DNA from: a virus
Lineage: Duplodnaviria > Caudoviricetes
IMG/VR virus record: IMGVR_UViG_3300043412_000080
Span: 1 to 47,386 of that record
Strand: one strand, 5' to 3'
DNA: 47,386 nucleotides
The notes under the pieces were generated by a model that saw only the letters and a list, made by a program, of their open reading frames with translations, was not told the DNA's origin and ran no database searches. Of the stretch, positions 34,670 to 45,742 are shown piece by piece. Numbering within the stretch: position 1 is the first letter of the stretch; every line of letters starts with the position of its first letter. The translations under genes were made by a program, and so were the position numbers.

Positions 34670-36835
34670 TTAAAGACCAAACCCTTGACGTAAAATTGAT
34701 TTGCTTTGTGTTGGACTGTTACTGCCTGAGTCTAATTTTGCTTTATTATGCACGACGGATTGCGTCGTACCATCAGGGTTTTGCAACCTTATTGTTGAAT
34801 TAAAATCAAATTTTTGATTTTTATCTTGATAAGAATTTTGGTTCGCCGACTTATATGCTACTGACGAATATCTTTCAGCATCTGCCTTGGCTTGTTTTTG
34901 TGCTTGCATTGCATTGTATTTATCCATAGGGGCATTAAAAGCATTCCCAATACTTGAAAATTCTTTACTACCAAGCAAGTAACTGAATGCATTTTTTATA
35001 CCTGCAATATTAAGAACTAAAGCCTTTATACCATCAATTACCAGTAATACGGCATCACCAATATATTTAGATATAAAATCCCCAACCATCATACACGTAT
35101 CTCCAATCGCACTACCATCAATACCAAAAGAATCGGCAAGTATTGAAAAAGCCTCACCTACTTGCACAAGTGAAGCCTTTACCTCGTCCCACCGTTTATA
35201 TACCGCATAACCAATACCAATTAAAGCTGTAAACCCTGCAATAATTGGCAATAAAGGGGCAGACAAAGCAATAAGACTGCCACCTAAGGCATAAAATCCC
35301 GTTGTTAATCTTGCGATAGTGTTTCCTATAATACCAAAGTCACGTTTCAATGGATTTAAGCCTATCTGTTTTCCCTTTGGCAACATAAACATATCAGTAA
35401 AAAACCCCTTTTCAATAACCTTACTTCGTCTGTTTATTGTTTTTTTAGCTCCAATTACTGAGTTTAATTTACCAGCCTTAGATGTTTTTTTGCCACCAAA
35501 CATAGACATAATACCACCGCCTAGCAAACCGCTGAATTTTGACATTGCACTTAATCCACCAAGTAATCCACCCATCGCATAACTTACACCACCTATTGCA
35601 ACGCCAAAAGCAAGCATTCCAGTTGTGGCAATTGCTACAGTGCCTATTGCGTTTTTCGTGCTATCATCAAGATTGTCAAATTTTTCTGCAAAACTGCTTA
35701 TTGCCTCCATAACCTTAATGACGCTTGGTAAAAGCATTGTTCCTATTTGAATTTGTAAATCATTAATTTTTGACATCATCGCCTGATAACGCCTTAACGT
35801 TGTATTCATTTTCTTTTCATATTCACGCTGATTTGAACCCAAAACATTTACGCTATCAGTTTTATTGAACGCCTCCATTAATAACGGTATGTTTTTTGAC
35901 AACCCTTTAATGTTCCCCAAACCCTCAAGCCCAAAAATCTTAGCAAAAACACCGCCTCTTTGTGCTTCGGGTAATTTTTGGATTCTTTCAAAAATTTCAA
36001 ATATTGTTTTTTTAGGGTCTATTAAAAACTTTTTTGTCATTTGCTCCGATGTTGTACCAAGTTTTTTAAAAGACGCAATTTGACTTTTAGTAGCAGTATC
36101 ATTTTTACTTAAGGCATTTGTTAAATGTTGGAATGATGTATAGGCACGCTCAGGAGTCGCACCAATAGCAAGCATAGACGCACCCATTGCTAATGTTTGA
36201 CCTGTGGATATGCCAAGGGATTCCCCTTGTGCAAGACCACCCATTCTTGAAAATTCCAGTATCTTATTGTTTGAAATAGCAAAGGAGTTGCCAAGTTCGT
36301 TTACTTGGTCTATTGCTTTTTGTGTTCTGCCAACATCACGTCCTAATGTATTAAAAAAAGTCTTAATAGCATCTCCTGCATCAGACGCTGACATTTCAGC
36401 TGTAACCATAGACTGACGTGTCATAGTTGCTAGTGTATCTAAAGCCTGTATATCGCCTTTTACAGATTGAACTGGCATATTTTGGTAGATGCTAGCCATA
36501 TCAATGGCACTTAAACCTAACTCTTTTGAAATATCTCGAACGTGCTTTGAAAAATCAGCTGTATTTGTATTAAATGCCTTTAAGTCCATAACCTTAAAAA
36601 CATCAGACATAGCCTCTTCGAATCTAATAGCAGGCTGAACTATCCCCGTAAACATTCCAATAAGTCCAGCACCGCTTTTTATCATGGTTAAACCGCCCCA
36701 GTCTTGCATAGACTTTGAAACACTTTCTATGCGTCTTTGTAATGGGGTTATTCCGTTCGCAATATTTTTTACCGTTCCACTGACACGGTCAATAGCACTA
36801 AAAACAATCTTACTGTCTATTTGACGCTCTGCCAT
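34670..36835 (-). CDS. tape measure protein (TP901-like core)
   Basis: AIDRVS, FEEAMSDV.KV, IFGLE; hydrophobic C-terminal half. Confidence 0.93.
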   Translation of the reverse strand: MAERQIDSKIVFSAIDRVSGTVKNIANGITPLQRRIESVSKSMQDWGGLTMIKSGAGLIGMFTGIVQPAIRFEEAMSDVFKVMDLKAFNTNTADFSKHVRDISKELGLSAIDMASIYQNMPVQSVKGDIQALDTLATMTRQSMVTAEMSASDAGDAIKTFFNTLGRDVGRTQKAIDQVNELGNSFAISNNKILEFSRMGGLAQGESLGISTGQTLAMGASMLAIGATPERAYTSFQHLTNALSKNDTATKSQIASFKKLGTTSEQMTKKFLIDPKKTIFEIFERIQKLPEAQRGGVFAKIFGLEGLGNIKGLSKNIPLLMEAFNKTDSVNVLGSNQREYEKKMNTTLRRYQAMMSKINDLQIQIGTMLLPSVIKVMEAISSFAEKFDNLDDSTKNAIGTVAIATTGMLAFGVAIGGVSYAMGGLLGGLSAMSKFSGLLGGGIMSMFGGKKTSKAGKLNSVIGAKKTINRRSKVIEKGFFTDMFMLPKGKQIGLNPLKRDFGIIGNTIARLTTGFYALGGSLIALSAPLLPIIAGFTALIGIGYAVYKRWDEVKASLVQVGEAFSILADSFGIDGSAIGDTCMMVGDFISKYIGDAVLLVIDGIKALVLNIAGIKNAFSYLLGSKEFSSIGNAFNAPMDKYNAMQAQKQAKADAERYSSVAYKSANQNSYQDKNQKFDFNSTIRLQNPDGTTQSVVHNKAKLDSGSNSPTQSKSILRQGFGL

Positions 36836-36838
36836 GGG

Positions 36839-37359
36839 TTAATCCTTTGGTGTTGTCTGTCTTATATATTCACTGTACATTTCATTGTAATCAAGCAAAA
36901 CAGATAATGGCATTTTTTGTATTTCAGACGGCTGTATTTTGGCATCAAAAACTAAACGCATTGTTATGCTTTTAACAATTATTGAATATTGATAAAACAA
37001 TTCACATAACAACGCCATGTTATAATTATATTGATAAATACAGCCTGTTAGTTTCCCAGTTTTTCGTCTTTAGGAAAAAATAAATCAAATGATTGCTGTA
37101 ACTTAACAACATCGCCAACGCCGATAATATCAAATGGGTGTTGCTTAAATGGAATTAACACACCATCAAACCGCACAAAAGAATTTTGTTGTACAGCTTT
37201 TATAATGGCATCATAACGCAATTTGTCTGTGGATAAGTCTTGTTTAAAGAACTTTCCCGATGGCTCGCATAAAACAATAGTGTCAAAGTTACCAACACTA
37301 TCATCAAATACATAAGAGCGATTTAATTTTACCTCAATTTCTGAAACATAATCAGACAT
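36839..37359 (-). CDS. tail assembly chaperone (37359-37048) with -1 frameshift extension to 36839
   Basis: Slippery G GGA AAC at 37057-37051 right before TAA; the -1 frame is open for about 70 codons and includes PSEIQKMPLSVL; between tube and tape measure. Confidence 0.82.
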
Positions 37360-37362
37360 ATT

Positions 37363-37773
37363 TTATCCTTTTTTTAATTCTCTATAAACGCCACCAGTAA
37401 TGGTAAATTCTGAAATCTCCCCACTGCCTGAATTAATCTCTAATCCATCAGTAGCAATAAATCCACCAGTAACAGAATAAGTCACGCCACCGAATGAAAC
37501 CTGTGCGTTAATTGTTCCGCTTGTCAATTTAAGGCTGGCAATTTCACTTTCTTTACCTTGGCGTGGTATCATTATTTCAGGCGTAAAAGCCTTGCGAAGC
37601 GGAACAGCACTTGAACTACCTCCGCCATCAATTAATTGTTTTTTCTCAGTGACATACCATTGACCATTGTTTGCATCAAGGTAATCACCGAATTTCACTT
37701 TAACATCGCCATAAATTGGCACGCCTTTACCGTCAATAATAACTCGTGCTGAACCAAAATTTTCATTAGACAT
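37363..37773 (-). CDS. tail tube protein
   Basis: Position after the sheath; size; beta-rich. Confidence 0.75.
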   Translation of the reverse strand: MSNENFGSARVIIDGKGVPIYGDVKVKFGDYLDANNGQWYVTEKKQLIDGGGSSSAVPLRKAFTPEIMIPRQGKESEIASLKLTSGTINAQVSFGGVTYSVTGGFIATDGLEINSGSGEISEFTITGGVYRELKKG

Positions 37774-37784
37774 TTTTATACTCC

Positions 37785-39209
37785 TTAAATTCTTGATTCA
37801 ATTACAGTGCTTGTTTGCAACCATGGTGCAATATGCGATGGTGCGAAACGAACATCAATGCGATTAGGATTTAATGCGTTAATTTCAATAATTGCATTTT
37901 CAATCGTTGATTCCACATTTTTAAAGACATCTAAAGCCTCTAACTCACGCATAATACTTGCAAAAACAGCACCAACTTCATCTAGCGTGCTTGCCTTAAT
38001 ATAACCCCGTGGGAATGATGCAATCATGCGATTGCGATAATAACGGGACGCAAACATTAATTGTGCAAGAATATTAATATCACGAAACGTAGAATCCGCC
38101 ACGCTCTGTGCATTTGTCAAATAAGAAGTTACAACACGGTCAAAAACAATCTGTCCGCTTGAATTTTTCTTAAGTGGTGACCACCCGTAAGCATATAATG
38201 CGTTTCTATCGTCAATCGGCGAAACATCATCGGCATAAAACCCCTCAATAACAAGTGTATTTAATGGTCTTGACAACTCAGGCGGTACAGATAAATGCAA
38301 AAGACTCTGTCCAACTGCCCCACCGATTAATTCGTATAAAGGATTAATCGCACTATTCGCCGAAGCAAGACTCAATGGCGTAAAGTGTTTATCATTTTGC
38401 AATGCTTTACTGATTGTGTTTGATAGTGTGTCTTGATAGGCAGAAATTATATGACCGTAAGCATCTTTTAATGCACTCCAACGACCAGTTGTTTCATTCA
38501 TTAATGTTTTACACCATGTGATACTTGTTGTATCAATGTATGGAACACCAATATAATTGAAATATGCGCTTTCCCACGCATTAAATGCTGATTCTTTGCC
38601 AGTCAAATCAATAGTTCCAGTTCCACTTGATAGGTTGGCAACGGTGTAAACCAAAGAATCAACTGATAGCTTTTTAACCCTCAAACCATTAAACAATGTT
38701 CCGTTGTGACGTGCTGTAACCGCTAATGTGCTTCCTGAAACGTAAACAGCTGTGACGGGTATATCTAAACTTGCATTAATTGCTGTAGCGATATTTGATG
38801 CAATCGCTGCATTTGTTTGTCCTGCAATAACTGTTACATTAACAACTGTACCACAAACATTTAATTGCAATGTTTCAGAAACTGTCGCAGTTGCGGTTGT
38901 TACTGAAATTGTGCCAGTTGCTTTTGTACCTGCAGGGTCTGCCAAAACAAGGACATACGGCGTTGCAAGTGGATTATTACGCTTAAATGCCTTAACCATT
39001 CCTGCAAGCATAGAACCACGCCCAAATAATGCGTCTTCTTGATTTGACGGAACAACAACAATAGTATCTGCTGTAGCACTGCCTGCTGATAGTTTTTGCC
39101 CAACTAAAAGGGCGTTACCCTGAGCAGGATTATTGCCACCGCTTGATGTAAATTCAACACTAAAAAATGGTGCTAAAAACGAACTTGAAACCAATGAACC
39201 TGTAGCCAT
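37785..39209 (-). CDS. contractile tail sheath (Mu gpL-like)
   Basis: ALLVGQK, LFGRGSMLAGM, TARHNG, ELSRPLNTL, NPNRIDV. Confidence 0.95.
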   Translation of the reverse strand: MATGSLVSSSFLAPFFSVEFTSSGGNNPAQGNALLVGQKLSAGSATADTIVVVPSNQEDALFGRGSMLAGMVKAFKRNNPLATPYVLVLADPAGTKATGTISVTTATATVSETLQLNVCGTVVNVTVIAGQTNAAIASNIATAINASLDIPVTAVYVSGSTLAVTARHNGTLFNGLRVKKLSVDSLVYTVANLSSGTGTIDLTGKESAFNAWESAYFNYIGVPYIDTTSITWCKTLMNETTGRWSALKDAYGHIISAYQDTLSNTISKALQNDKHFTPLSLASANSAINPLYELIGGAVGQSLLHLSVPPELSRPLNTLVIEGFYADDVSPIDDRNALYAYGWSPLKKNSSGQIVFDRVVTSYLTNAQSVADSTFRDINILAQLMFASRYYRNRMIASFPRGYIKASTLDEVGAVFASIMRELEALDVFKNVESTIENAIIEINALNPNRIDVRFAPSHIAPWLQTSTVIESRI

Positions 39210-39410
39210 TTAAGCCGCCTTTTTCTTTGTTTGTTCTTTTTCTGAAATCTCAATAACTTCACAATCTAAAATGACAACACCGCCCTCTTTTTCACGGTCT
39301 AACCAATATGTTGTCGGGATTAATTGCATACCATCAATAGGCAATGGCGTATAATTCATTTCAGGCATCGGTATAATCATGCCGTCTTTTGGTTTGATTA
39401 ATTTTATCAT
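39210..39410 (-). CDS. DUF2635 / Mu gp38-like protein
   Basis: IKPKDG..IPMP....LP..G......YWLDR..EGGV. Confidence 0.85.
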   Translation of the reverse strand: MIKLIKPKDGMIIPMPEMNYTPLPIDGMQLIPTTYWLDREKEGGVVILDCEVIEISEKEQTKKKAA

Positions 39411-40099
39411 GCTAACTCGCTTGTGATTTTAATTTCTGTGTTATTATTATATTGTAAATCCCCATTAATGACATCAAGAATTACACCATCATTAATAACG
39501 CCTATTTGTGATAACTGTGCAAGAATGGCAGGGCATGATATTAAATTCTTAAACTCAGGGTAATTATCAAGAATATTCAATCTATCCTGTGGGTATAATT
39601 CTGAATTATACATCTTTCCTACCATTAATGGAATCTTTATTTTTCTAACATAAGTAATAACTTCGCCGTCTAATTCTCCGTCGTCGTATGTAATATCACC
39701 TAAAAGACTTACATTATCAGAAAATCTTTTTGATTTAACATTGTTACTTTTTATCAAAGCATCTAAAATTTGTTGCGAACAAATAGACAACATTAAACCT
39801 ATAAAGCTACCAATATTTACAACGCTTTGACTTATACCGCTATTATTGCCGACCCAAACAAAAGATACAACCAATGTACACCGAAAATTCGATGTAAAAT
39901 CAATAAAAGACTTTGACCTTGTATCAATAATTAAATCTTGTGTTTCAATAAAAATATAAGACTTTGATTGCTTATTATTGGACATCACAACATCAAGAAA
40001 ATCATAAACCCTATCTTGTGCTAAAGTAGCATGCTTCACGCCGTCATTAACAAGTAACGCCTCTTTAACCATTAATCGCAAAAAAGAGTCATACATCAT
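39407..40099 (-). CDS. putative tail terminator / neck protein
   Basis: ATLAQDRVYD; position upstream of gp38 and sheath. Confidence 0.6.
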   Translation of the reverse strand: MMYDSFLRLMVKEALLVNDGVKHATLAQDRVYDFLDVVMSNNKQSKSYIFIETQDLIIDTRSKSFIDFTSNFRCTLVVSFVWVGNNSGISQSVVNIGSFIGLMLSICSQQILDALIKSNNVKSKRFSDNVSLLGDITYDDGELDGEVITYVRKIKIPLMVGKMYNSELYPQDRLNILDNYPEFKNLISCPAILAQLSQIGVINDGVILDVINGDLQYNNNTEIKITSELA

Positions 40100-40455
40100 G
40101 GGGTTTCAATTCCAATATAATTTAATTCTACTTTTGTAGTTTGCCTTGTCGTTTGAACGATTTTTGCCACAGTATAAAGTGCATTATCTATACAGCTTTT
40201 AACCACATCATTAACACGAACATCGACGCAAGAATGAAATTCTAAAGCAGCACAATTTGAAGTATATTCAACCATACTAAAATTATTTGTTTCAGGCGGA
40301 CTCCAAAATACACCCTTAAAATCACTTGCCAATCTTGACAAATCATCACTGGATACACAATTAAATCCGCCTGTTTTTGGGTAATGATGCCAAAAACTAC
40401 CAAAATGGCTTAAATTCGATTCATTTAATAATTTTACGGCATCATTCCAAGACAT
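40096..40455 (-). CDS. putative head-tail joining protein (FII-like)
   Basis: Position and size. Confidence 0.55.
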   Translation of the reverse strand: MSWNDAVKLLNESNLSHFGSFWHHYPKTGGFNCVSSDDLSRLASDFKGVFWSPPETNNFSMVEYTSNCAALEFHSCVDVRVNDVVKSCIDNALYTVAKIVQTTRQTTKVELNYIGIETP

Positions 40456-40686
40456 TTAATAACCCTTAATAATTTCACGTTCAATTAAATCATCAAAGAC
40501 TTCTTTTGGTAAATCTTTTTCATTAATTTTTTCGTCCGCCTTAAAAACAACGATGGCATTATTTTTAAAAAATGAAAAATCATCAATCGCAATATAAACA
40601 ATATCTTGATTGTTTGATTTTTCTGTTTTTTTAGAAGCGGACTTATCTGCTTCTGTTTTTGCGTCGTAAGATACAATATCTGTCAT
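40456..40686 (-). CDS. small head accessory protein (FI position)
   Basis: Directly after the major capsid gene. Confidence 0.5.
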   Translation of the reverse strand: MTDIVSYDAKTEADKSASKKTEKSNNQDIVYIAIDDFSFFKNNAIVVFKADEKINEKDLPKEVFDDLIEREIIKGY

Positions 40687-41741
40687 GATGCTACCGTCAT
40701 TGTTAATGTTGAATTAATCCGTGATGGAATAATCAATGGGGCAGACTCAAGGATAACCTCCAACCCCTTGCCACGCTCCAATGGATATGCGTTTGCAAAA
40801 ATAGGCAATGATTGCAATGAATCCATATTTTGAATTAAACCATAAACAGACATACCGCCAAGAGTGCCAGCATCAATAAACACAACCTTGTTAGGGTCAA
40901 AGAAATCCTGAACAGTGTCAGTTTCATCTTCGTATGTGTTTTTATAAGACCAAACCTTGATTTCATCAGCAAAATAACCCAAGAATTTCAATCCTGCGTA
41001 ATTCTTAGGTTCAATATTAAATGATGCGTTAGAATTGCGATAGTTATTATCCATTAATTCCTTAACTTTTGGACTTGCCAAAAATCCTTTGCGTGCGTTT
41101 GCACCCAAAACAATATCTGTAGTCGTAGCATAACTTGTACTGTATTGCAAATCAATGCCAGCCCCAATCACTGTTACAGGGTCAGCGGTTGAACCAACAA
41201 GATTAGTTCCATTTACCCACCAACGGTCGGTACCAGTCAATGCAGAAACAGTTAATGCACCGCTACGTCCAAAGTTCATAGTTTCTAATGGGCAATCCTC
41301 GTAAACAAGGTTATAGCTGCCATTAAGTAACGTTGAACAAGCTAATTGCTCCATGCGGTTATCAAACATACTCATCAATTTAGCTGTTTGCTCATTAAGC
41401 AATCTTGCCAAACGTGAATCAGCGGTTAAATCACCACCCAAAGCCTCACCTTGAAGTCTGTCATTTAATTCTTGTGGCGTAATAATTGTACGCTCTTGAA
41501 AATAACCAGTAGTATACTTTCTCATTTTTCCGATTGTACGCTTGCGTGGAACTGGCGTAAGTTGTGGTTTTACTGCCCGTGCCAAACGCCGTGAATTTGG
41601 TGCTAATTCTTCAATAAGAACCTCCACCTTGTCAGTCACTTTTTCAGTATTAAAAAAAGTATTCCACATAGCCAAAGGCGGACGTGGCAGTTCCGCAATC
41701 AATGCGGTTAATTCATAGTTTGAATTTTCGTCTAAAGCCAT
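40683..41741 (-). CDS. major capsid protein E (lambda-like)
   Basis: RLQGEALGG, NRMEQLA, ESAPL. Confidence 0.93.
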   Translation of the reverse strand: MALDENSNYELTALIAELPRPPLAMWNTFFNTEKVTDKVEVLIEELAPNSRRLARAVKPQLTPVPRKRTIGKMRKYTTGYFQERTIITPQELNDRLQGEALGGDLTADSRLARLLNEQTAKLMSMFDNRMEQLACSTLLNGSYNLVYEDCPLETMNFGRSGALTVSALTGTDRWWVNGTNLVGSTADPVTVIGAGIDLQYSTSYATTTDIVLGANARKGFLASPKVKELMDNNYRNSNASFNIEPKNYAGLKFLGYFADEIKVWSYKNTYEDETDTVQDFFDPNKVVFIDAGTLGGMSVYGLIQNMDSLQSLPIFANAYPLERGKGLEVILESAPLIIPSRINSTLTMTVAS

Positions 41742-41750
41742 TTATAACTC

Positions 41751-42149
41751 CTAAATTTTCAATGTGGATTTAACGTTAATATTGCGTGTTTCAAATGCAG
41801 TACGCAACGTTGCTAAAGTCCATTTTTGAGCTCCTGTACCAGTCGTCGCACTTACAATAGCAGGTAACAAAGAAAAGTCCAACAAACCAGCACGCACAAT
41901 ATAGCTATATTCATAATCACTATTTGTTCCTGTAGCAGACGTATCAATCGCAAATGCAGTCACACCGATAGGAACTTGTGAACCGTCTGATGCGTCTGAA
42001 ATTGATGGGGTTAGCTTGCCTGATGCTGTAATCCGCCCGACTGGAACACCAGCTTGGATAACTTGTCCAGTAAGAAATAAACCCTTATTGGTTTCAGTGC
42101 TTGATGCAAAATTTAGCTTTAAAGCTAACGATACTTCTGAATATGGCAT
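41751..42149 (-). CDS. head decoration protein D-like
   Basis: GRITASGKL...ASDGSQVPIGV. Confidence 0.88.
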   Translation of the reverse strand: MPYSEVSLALKLNFASSTETNKGLFLTGQVIQAGVPVGRITASGKLTPSISDASDGSQVPIGVTAFAIDTSATGTNSDYEYSYIVRAGLLDFSLLPAIVSATTGTGAQKWTLATLRTAFETRNINVKSTLKI

Positions 42150-42150
42150 A

Positions 42151-43398
42151 TTACGCTCCCAATCTTACTGTTTTAGGTTGGTTTAACGCCTTAGCAAGCT
42201 CGGGCGTAAATTTTTTATTTGATGTTTGTGCTTTTGGTGTTTCAGGTGAACCTGCGTTTAACGCTAAAGCGTCAAGGTTAGCTTGTAATTCCTGTAGTTT
42301 TTCAGACATATTCGGCTCTGTTGCTGTGGCAGGTGCTAAAGCGACTGGAGCTTGTGCCTGTGCCGAAGTCTTTGGAATAGAACCTAAAATAGCCTTAACT
42401 GAATCAACATCAAGACCCTGTGCAATTAACGTATTTGTTAATGCCATATTTTCTTTTGCATTATCAAGTGCAAGGATGCAGTTAATGCGTGTCCGCTCGG
42501 CTTGCACTCCCTCAGCGATACTGTCGGCTTTGATTTTATCAACATCAACCACATCACTAGGCTTTGTTTCTGTTTTAGACATAACTACCTCGTTTTTTAT
42601 ATTTGTTAAACTTACACTATCCTGCAAAATTTGCAATGATATTTTTTTTAAAGTTGTGATTCCGTCAATCATACCTATTTCAAGGGCTTTTTCTGCCATT
42701 ACAATATCGCCTTGACCGTAATTTTCAATCACATTCTCTATTGTTGTATCACGTCCGCTTGCAACGTATTTCAAAAAAACTGCTTCGCACGCATCAACCC
42801 TTGACTGCATACTGTCTTTAAAACCCTTACTATCTATATCAAGGGCTTTTTTAGGTGCATTTTTTGATGTAATTTTTTTAATATTACTATCTTTTTCGGT
42901 GCTGTACGAGATTATAGTACCGATCGAACCAACTGCTCCTGCCTCCACACAAAATATGCTTGTACATTGTGATGCAAGAAAATAGCCTGCACTATAACAA
43001 ACATCAGAAACATAAGCATAAATAGGCTTTTTTTCTTTTATAGTATTAATTGTTTCGGACAATTCAGTTAATCCACTTGCAAGACCGCCGCCTGTGTTCA
43101 TTTCTAGGATTATTGCCTTGATGTTCGTGTCACCCTCTAAAGCCGTCAATGCTCTATTTATGCTGTCATAAGTTGGTATGCCAAAATATTCAGTAAAAAC
43201 ATCCGAATCCTTAAGCATTGCGCCTGTGATTTTAATAATTGCTAAACCATTTTCAGATATAGATAATATTGGCGTTATATTTGTTTGGTTAATATCTGAT
43301 AAAGCCTTAATATCTATATTTTTATAAGCATCAAAAGCATTTAATGCGCTTTCATGGATTAAAAACTGCTTATTATTGTGTAGGGTTATCAAGTCCAT
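42151..43398 (-). CDS. S49 prohead protease fused to scaffold
   Basis: NTGGG, CYSAGYFLAS, VGSIG, ALEIGMIDGI; scaffold AERTRINCIL, with a possible nested start at MSKTE (GAGGT RBS). Confidence 0.92.
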   Translation of the reverse strand: MDLITLHNNKQFLIHESALNAFDAYKNIDIKALSDINQTNITPILSISENGLAIIKITGAMLKDSDVFTEYFGIPTYDSINRALTALEGDTNIKAIILEMNTGGGLASGLTELSETINTIKEKKPIYAYVSDVCYSAGYFLASQCTSIFCVEAGAVGSIGTIISYSTEKDSNIKKITSKNAPKKALDIDSKGFKDSMQSRVDACEAVFLKYVASGRDTTIENVIENYGQGDIVMAEKALEIGMIDGITTLKKISLQILQDSVSLTNIKNEVVMSKTETKPSDVVDVDKIKADSIAEGVQAERTRINCILALDNAKENMALTNTLIAQGLDVDSVKAILGSIPKTSAQAQAPVALAPATATEPNMSEKLQELQANLDALALNAGSPETPKAQTSNKKFTPELAKALNQPKTVRLGA

Positions 43399-45025
43399 TG
43401 CCTACTCCGTTTTGATTATTATTTATTAAATTATGTGTTATGCCTAATTCTCTTTCTTTATCTTTTTCAATCGCTTGTTGTTGTAAAACATCGTCATACT
43501 TTTCACCCTTTTTAGCACAAATATCCTCTCGTGTCGTTGTGCCATTATTAAGGGCTTCGGTGTTTGCTTTTTCCTCTTTTAACGGGTCAATCGTTGGCTT
43601 GCCTGATGATATAAACCCACCAAACAATAAAAAATCCTTGGCAAAATTAAAATTAGTGATTCCTCTTGGCAGTGAAACAAGCCCTTTGTCAAGAAGCTCT
43701 TCCACAAAGCAATACAACAATGGCATTGCAAATTTGCGTTCAATAAGGCTTTTCTGTGCTTCAAAATGTGCCTGTATCTGTGCCAATGCAAATCTTGCAG
43801 CACTGTATGATGTGTCGCTAAAATCACTAAAAGTCGTTGCATAATCAGCACCAATGCCCGAAGCAATCATTTTATGATTAACCTTGGTAAACGCCTCAAA
43901 ACTATTGATATTATCACCCTTTGTAAGCATCTCAAGGCTTTCGTTTGGCAATAAATGCACAGCTTTTGAACCAAAATCTGCCCCAAGGTCATTAAGCACT
44001 TCTTGAATGTGGTCAATGCCTTGATTGTTCCCGTATTCAATCATTTTATGATACTCTTCTAATAGTGCCTCAGAGTCTGTTTCTAAGCTCCGCCCCATTA
44101 CAGTACCCATAATGGTTTTATAATCCTCAGAAGACTTAACAACCATAGCAATGCTTGCCTGTAATGCCATACGGACATTTTCATTTGTCATGTAAGTTGC
44201 ACTTAATTTTAATGTCGCAATCGCACTGTGTAAATCTGATGTGCCTGTGGTTTGCTCGGGGAACTTAGGGTCAAAAACGTGTAGCATTAACGCACGCCCC
44301 CAACTTGTGCGTGAATCAATCGCCACATATTCATTTATTTTATTACCTAGATAACCATTGATTAATGATTTTTTATATTCAGGGTTAAGGGCATAAAATC
44401 TTTTTGGCATTCCGTCAGCGTCAATTTCAACGCCGTTTTTAATGGACGCATCGCTTTTTCTTGTCTCAGGGGTTTCAATGCGTGCAGGGTCAAGTAAATT
44501 AACGCAAGTACTTAACCCGTTTGTGGACTTTTTCCAACATACAACGCCAAACGCATCACCGCTCACAACCATGCTGTCGTAAACCGCACCAATCATCATA
44601 TTGAAAGTCATTTGTCTTGAAGCATCAAAATGGCAATCGGGGCTGTTTGCTATAACGTCCCATAATTCTTCTATTTGATTCGCCCAGTCCATAGCTTCTT
44701 TAAACGTCAATCCAAGAACTTTATATTTTGGCTTTAACGATAAACGCCAACCACCGCCGACTACGGCATTTTTATTTGAACGCAGGGCATTAACCACAGC
44801 AGGACTGTTTGTCGCCATCTCCCGTGCAATCGCCATGACGTATTGTTTATAGTCACGCTGGTCTGAGTTTGGGGTTTGTAATGATGTTGTTAAGTTGGGA
44901 TAAAGAGTTTTTAAATCTTTTTTTGCCTTAGCATAATTTGATGTTGTAATAGAATTAGCGTCACGCTCAATAACTTTAGTCGTGTTTGCATCTTTTTTAT
45001 ATATTTTACCAGTTTGCTTTGCCAT
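43373..45025 (-). CDS. portal protein, lambda family
   Basis: VVGGGWRL, GVEIDADGMP, DFSDTSYSAAR, IDPLKE. Confidence 0.95.
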   Translation of the reverse strand: MAKQTGKIYKKDANTTKVIERDANSITTSNYAKAKKDLKTLYPNLTTSLQTPNSDQRDYKQYVMAIAREMATNSPAVVNALRSNKNAVVGGGWRLSLKPKYKVLGLTFKEAMDWANQIEELWDVIANSPDCHFDASRQMTFNMMIGAVYDSMVVSGDAFGVVCWKKSTNGLSTCVNLLDPARIETPETRKSDASIKNGVEIDADGMPKRFYALNPEYKKSLINGYLGNKINEYVAIDSRTSWGRALMLHVFDPKFPEQTTGTSDLHSAIATLKLSATYMTNENVRMALQASIAMVVKSSEDYKTIMGTVMGRSLETDSEALLEEYHKMIEYGNNQGIDHIQEVLNDLGADFGSKAVHLLPNESLEMLTKGDNINSFEAFTKVNHKMIASGIGADYATTFSDFSDTSYSAARFALAQIQAHFEAQKSLIERKFAMPLLYCFVEELLDKGLVSLPRGITNFNFAKDFLLFGGFISSGKPTIDPLKEEKANTEALNNGTTTREDICAKKGEKYDDVLQQQAIEKDKERELGITHNLINNNQNGVGNGLDNPTQ

Positions 45026-45333
45026 TAACGGAATCTCGCTCTTGACGGATTGCCACGGGCAGTAACAGAATATGTTTCAGGTGTGATTATTAATTTTGAT
45101 GGGTATCCTGCCCCCAAAGATGCACCGCATGATGCGTATAATTGATTATACATTGATGCTATGCGTGGCAAGTCAGGTTTAAAAAACTCCATAGACGCAA
45201 CCCGTCCACCGTCAGAATGCTCCACCTTGACGTGCTTTGACCCCATACTTAACTTTGAATAAGCGTCCAACAATAACTTTAATTGGTTTACGCAATCAAA
45301 AACTGGGGCAGTTTCAGTTTCATTACAAGCCAT
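45025..45333 (-). CDS. gpW-like head-to-tail joining protein
   Basis: AYSKLSMG..HVKV; directly upstream of the portal. Confidence 0.65.
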   Translation of the reverse strand: MACNETETAPVFDCVNQLKLLLDAYSKLSMGSKHVKVEHSDGGRVASMEFFKPDLPRIASMYNQLYASCGASLGAGYPSKLIITPETYSVTARGNPSRARFR

Positions 45334-45378
45334 GTTTTAATAATATATTAATTTATGGACTTGTAAAGAAAATTATTT

Positions 45379-45636
45379 TTACAATCCAACCATTGCCATT
45401 TCATTATCTAAAGCAATTCTATCATCATTCGCTATTTGAACGATAGCATTAATCCGTGCAACCTCTAGTTTGCAGGCAATGGCATAAGCATCATTTATGC
45501 GGTTAATGGTCGCCTTTAACAATGGCACAGTGCCTTTAACCTGCGAATAAAGATTGTTGGTATTGAAGCCCACAGCCTTATATCCAGCGGACTTTATCCG
45601 CTCTAGTTTTATTTTTGCCTTTTCATTTTCGTTCAT
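45379..45636 (-). CDS. hypothetical protein
   Basis: AAAGGA RBS. Confidence 0.6.
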   Translation of the reverse strand: MNENEKAKIKLERIKSAGYKAVGFNTNNLYSQVKGTVPLLKATINRINDAYAIACKLEVARINAIVQIANDDRIALDNEMAMVGL

Positions 45637-45742
45637 TCTTATTTCCTTTTAATTTAAAAACAATAAACAATAATTAACTTGTTTTAACTGTTTTGTCAAT
45701 ATGTTTTTCTATGTTATAATCACATTTTTAATGGTGCATAAA

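Noticed and set aside
5245-37236. Four perfect DnaA boxes TGTGGATAA (5245, 11818, 25792, 37228)
   Set aside because: Scattered inside coding regions, not clustered near the ori; explained by codons (for example LST on the minus strand).
29528-45446. Plus-strand ORFs opposite structural genes (for example 42101-42715, 43440-43844, 30439-30756)
   Set aside because: Antisense shadows of well-supported genes, with no RBS or recognisable motifs.
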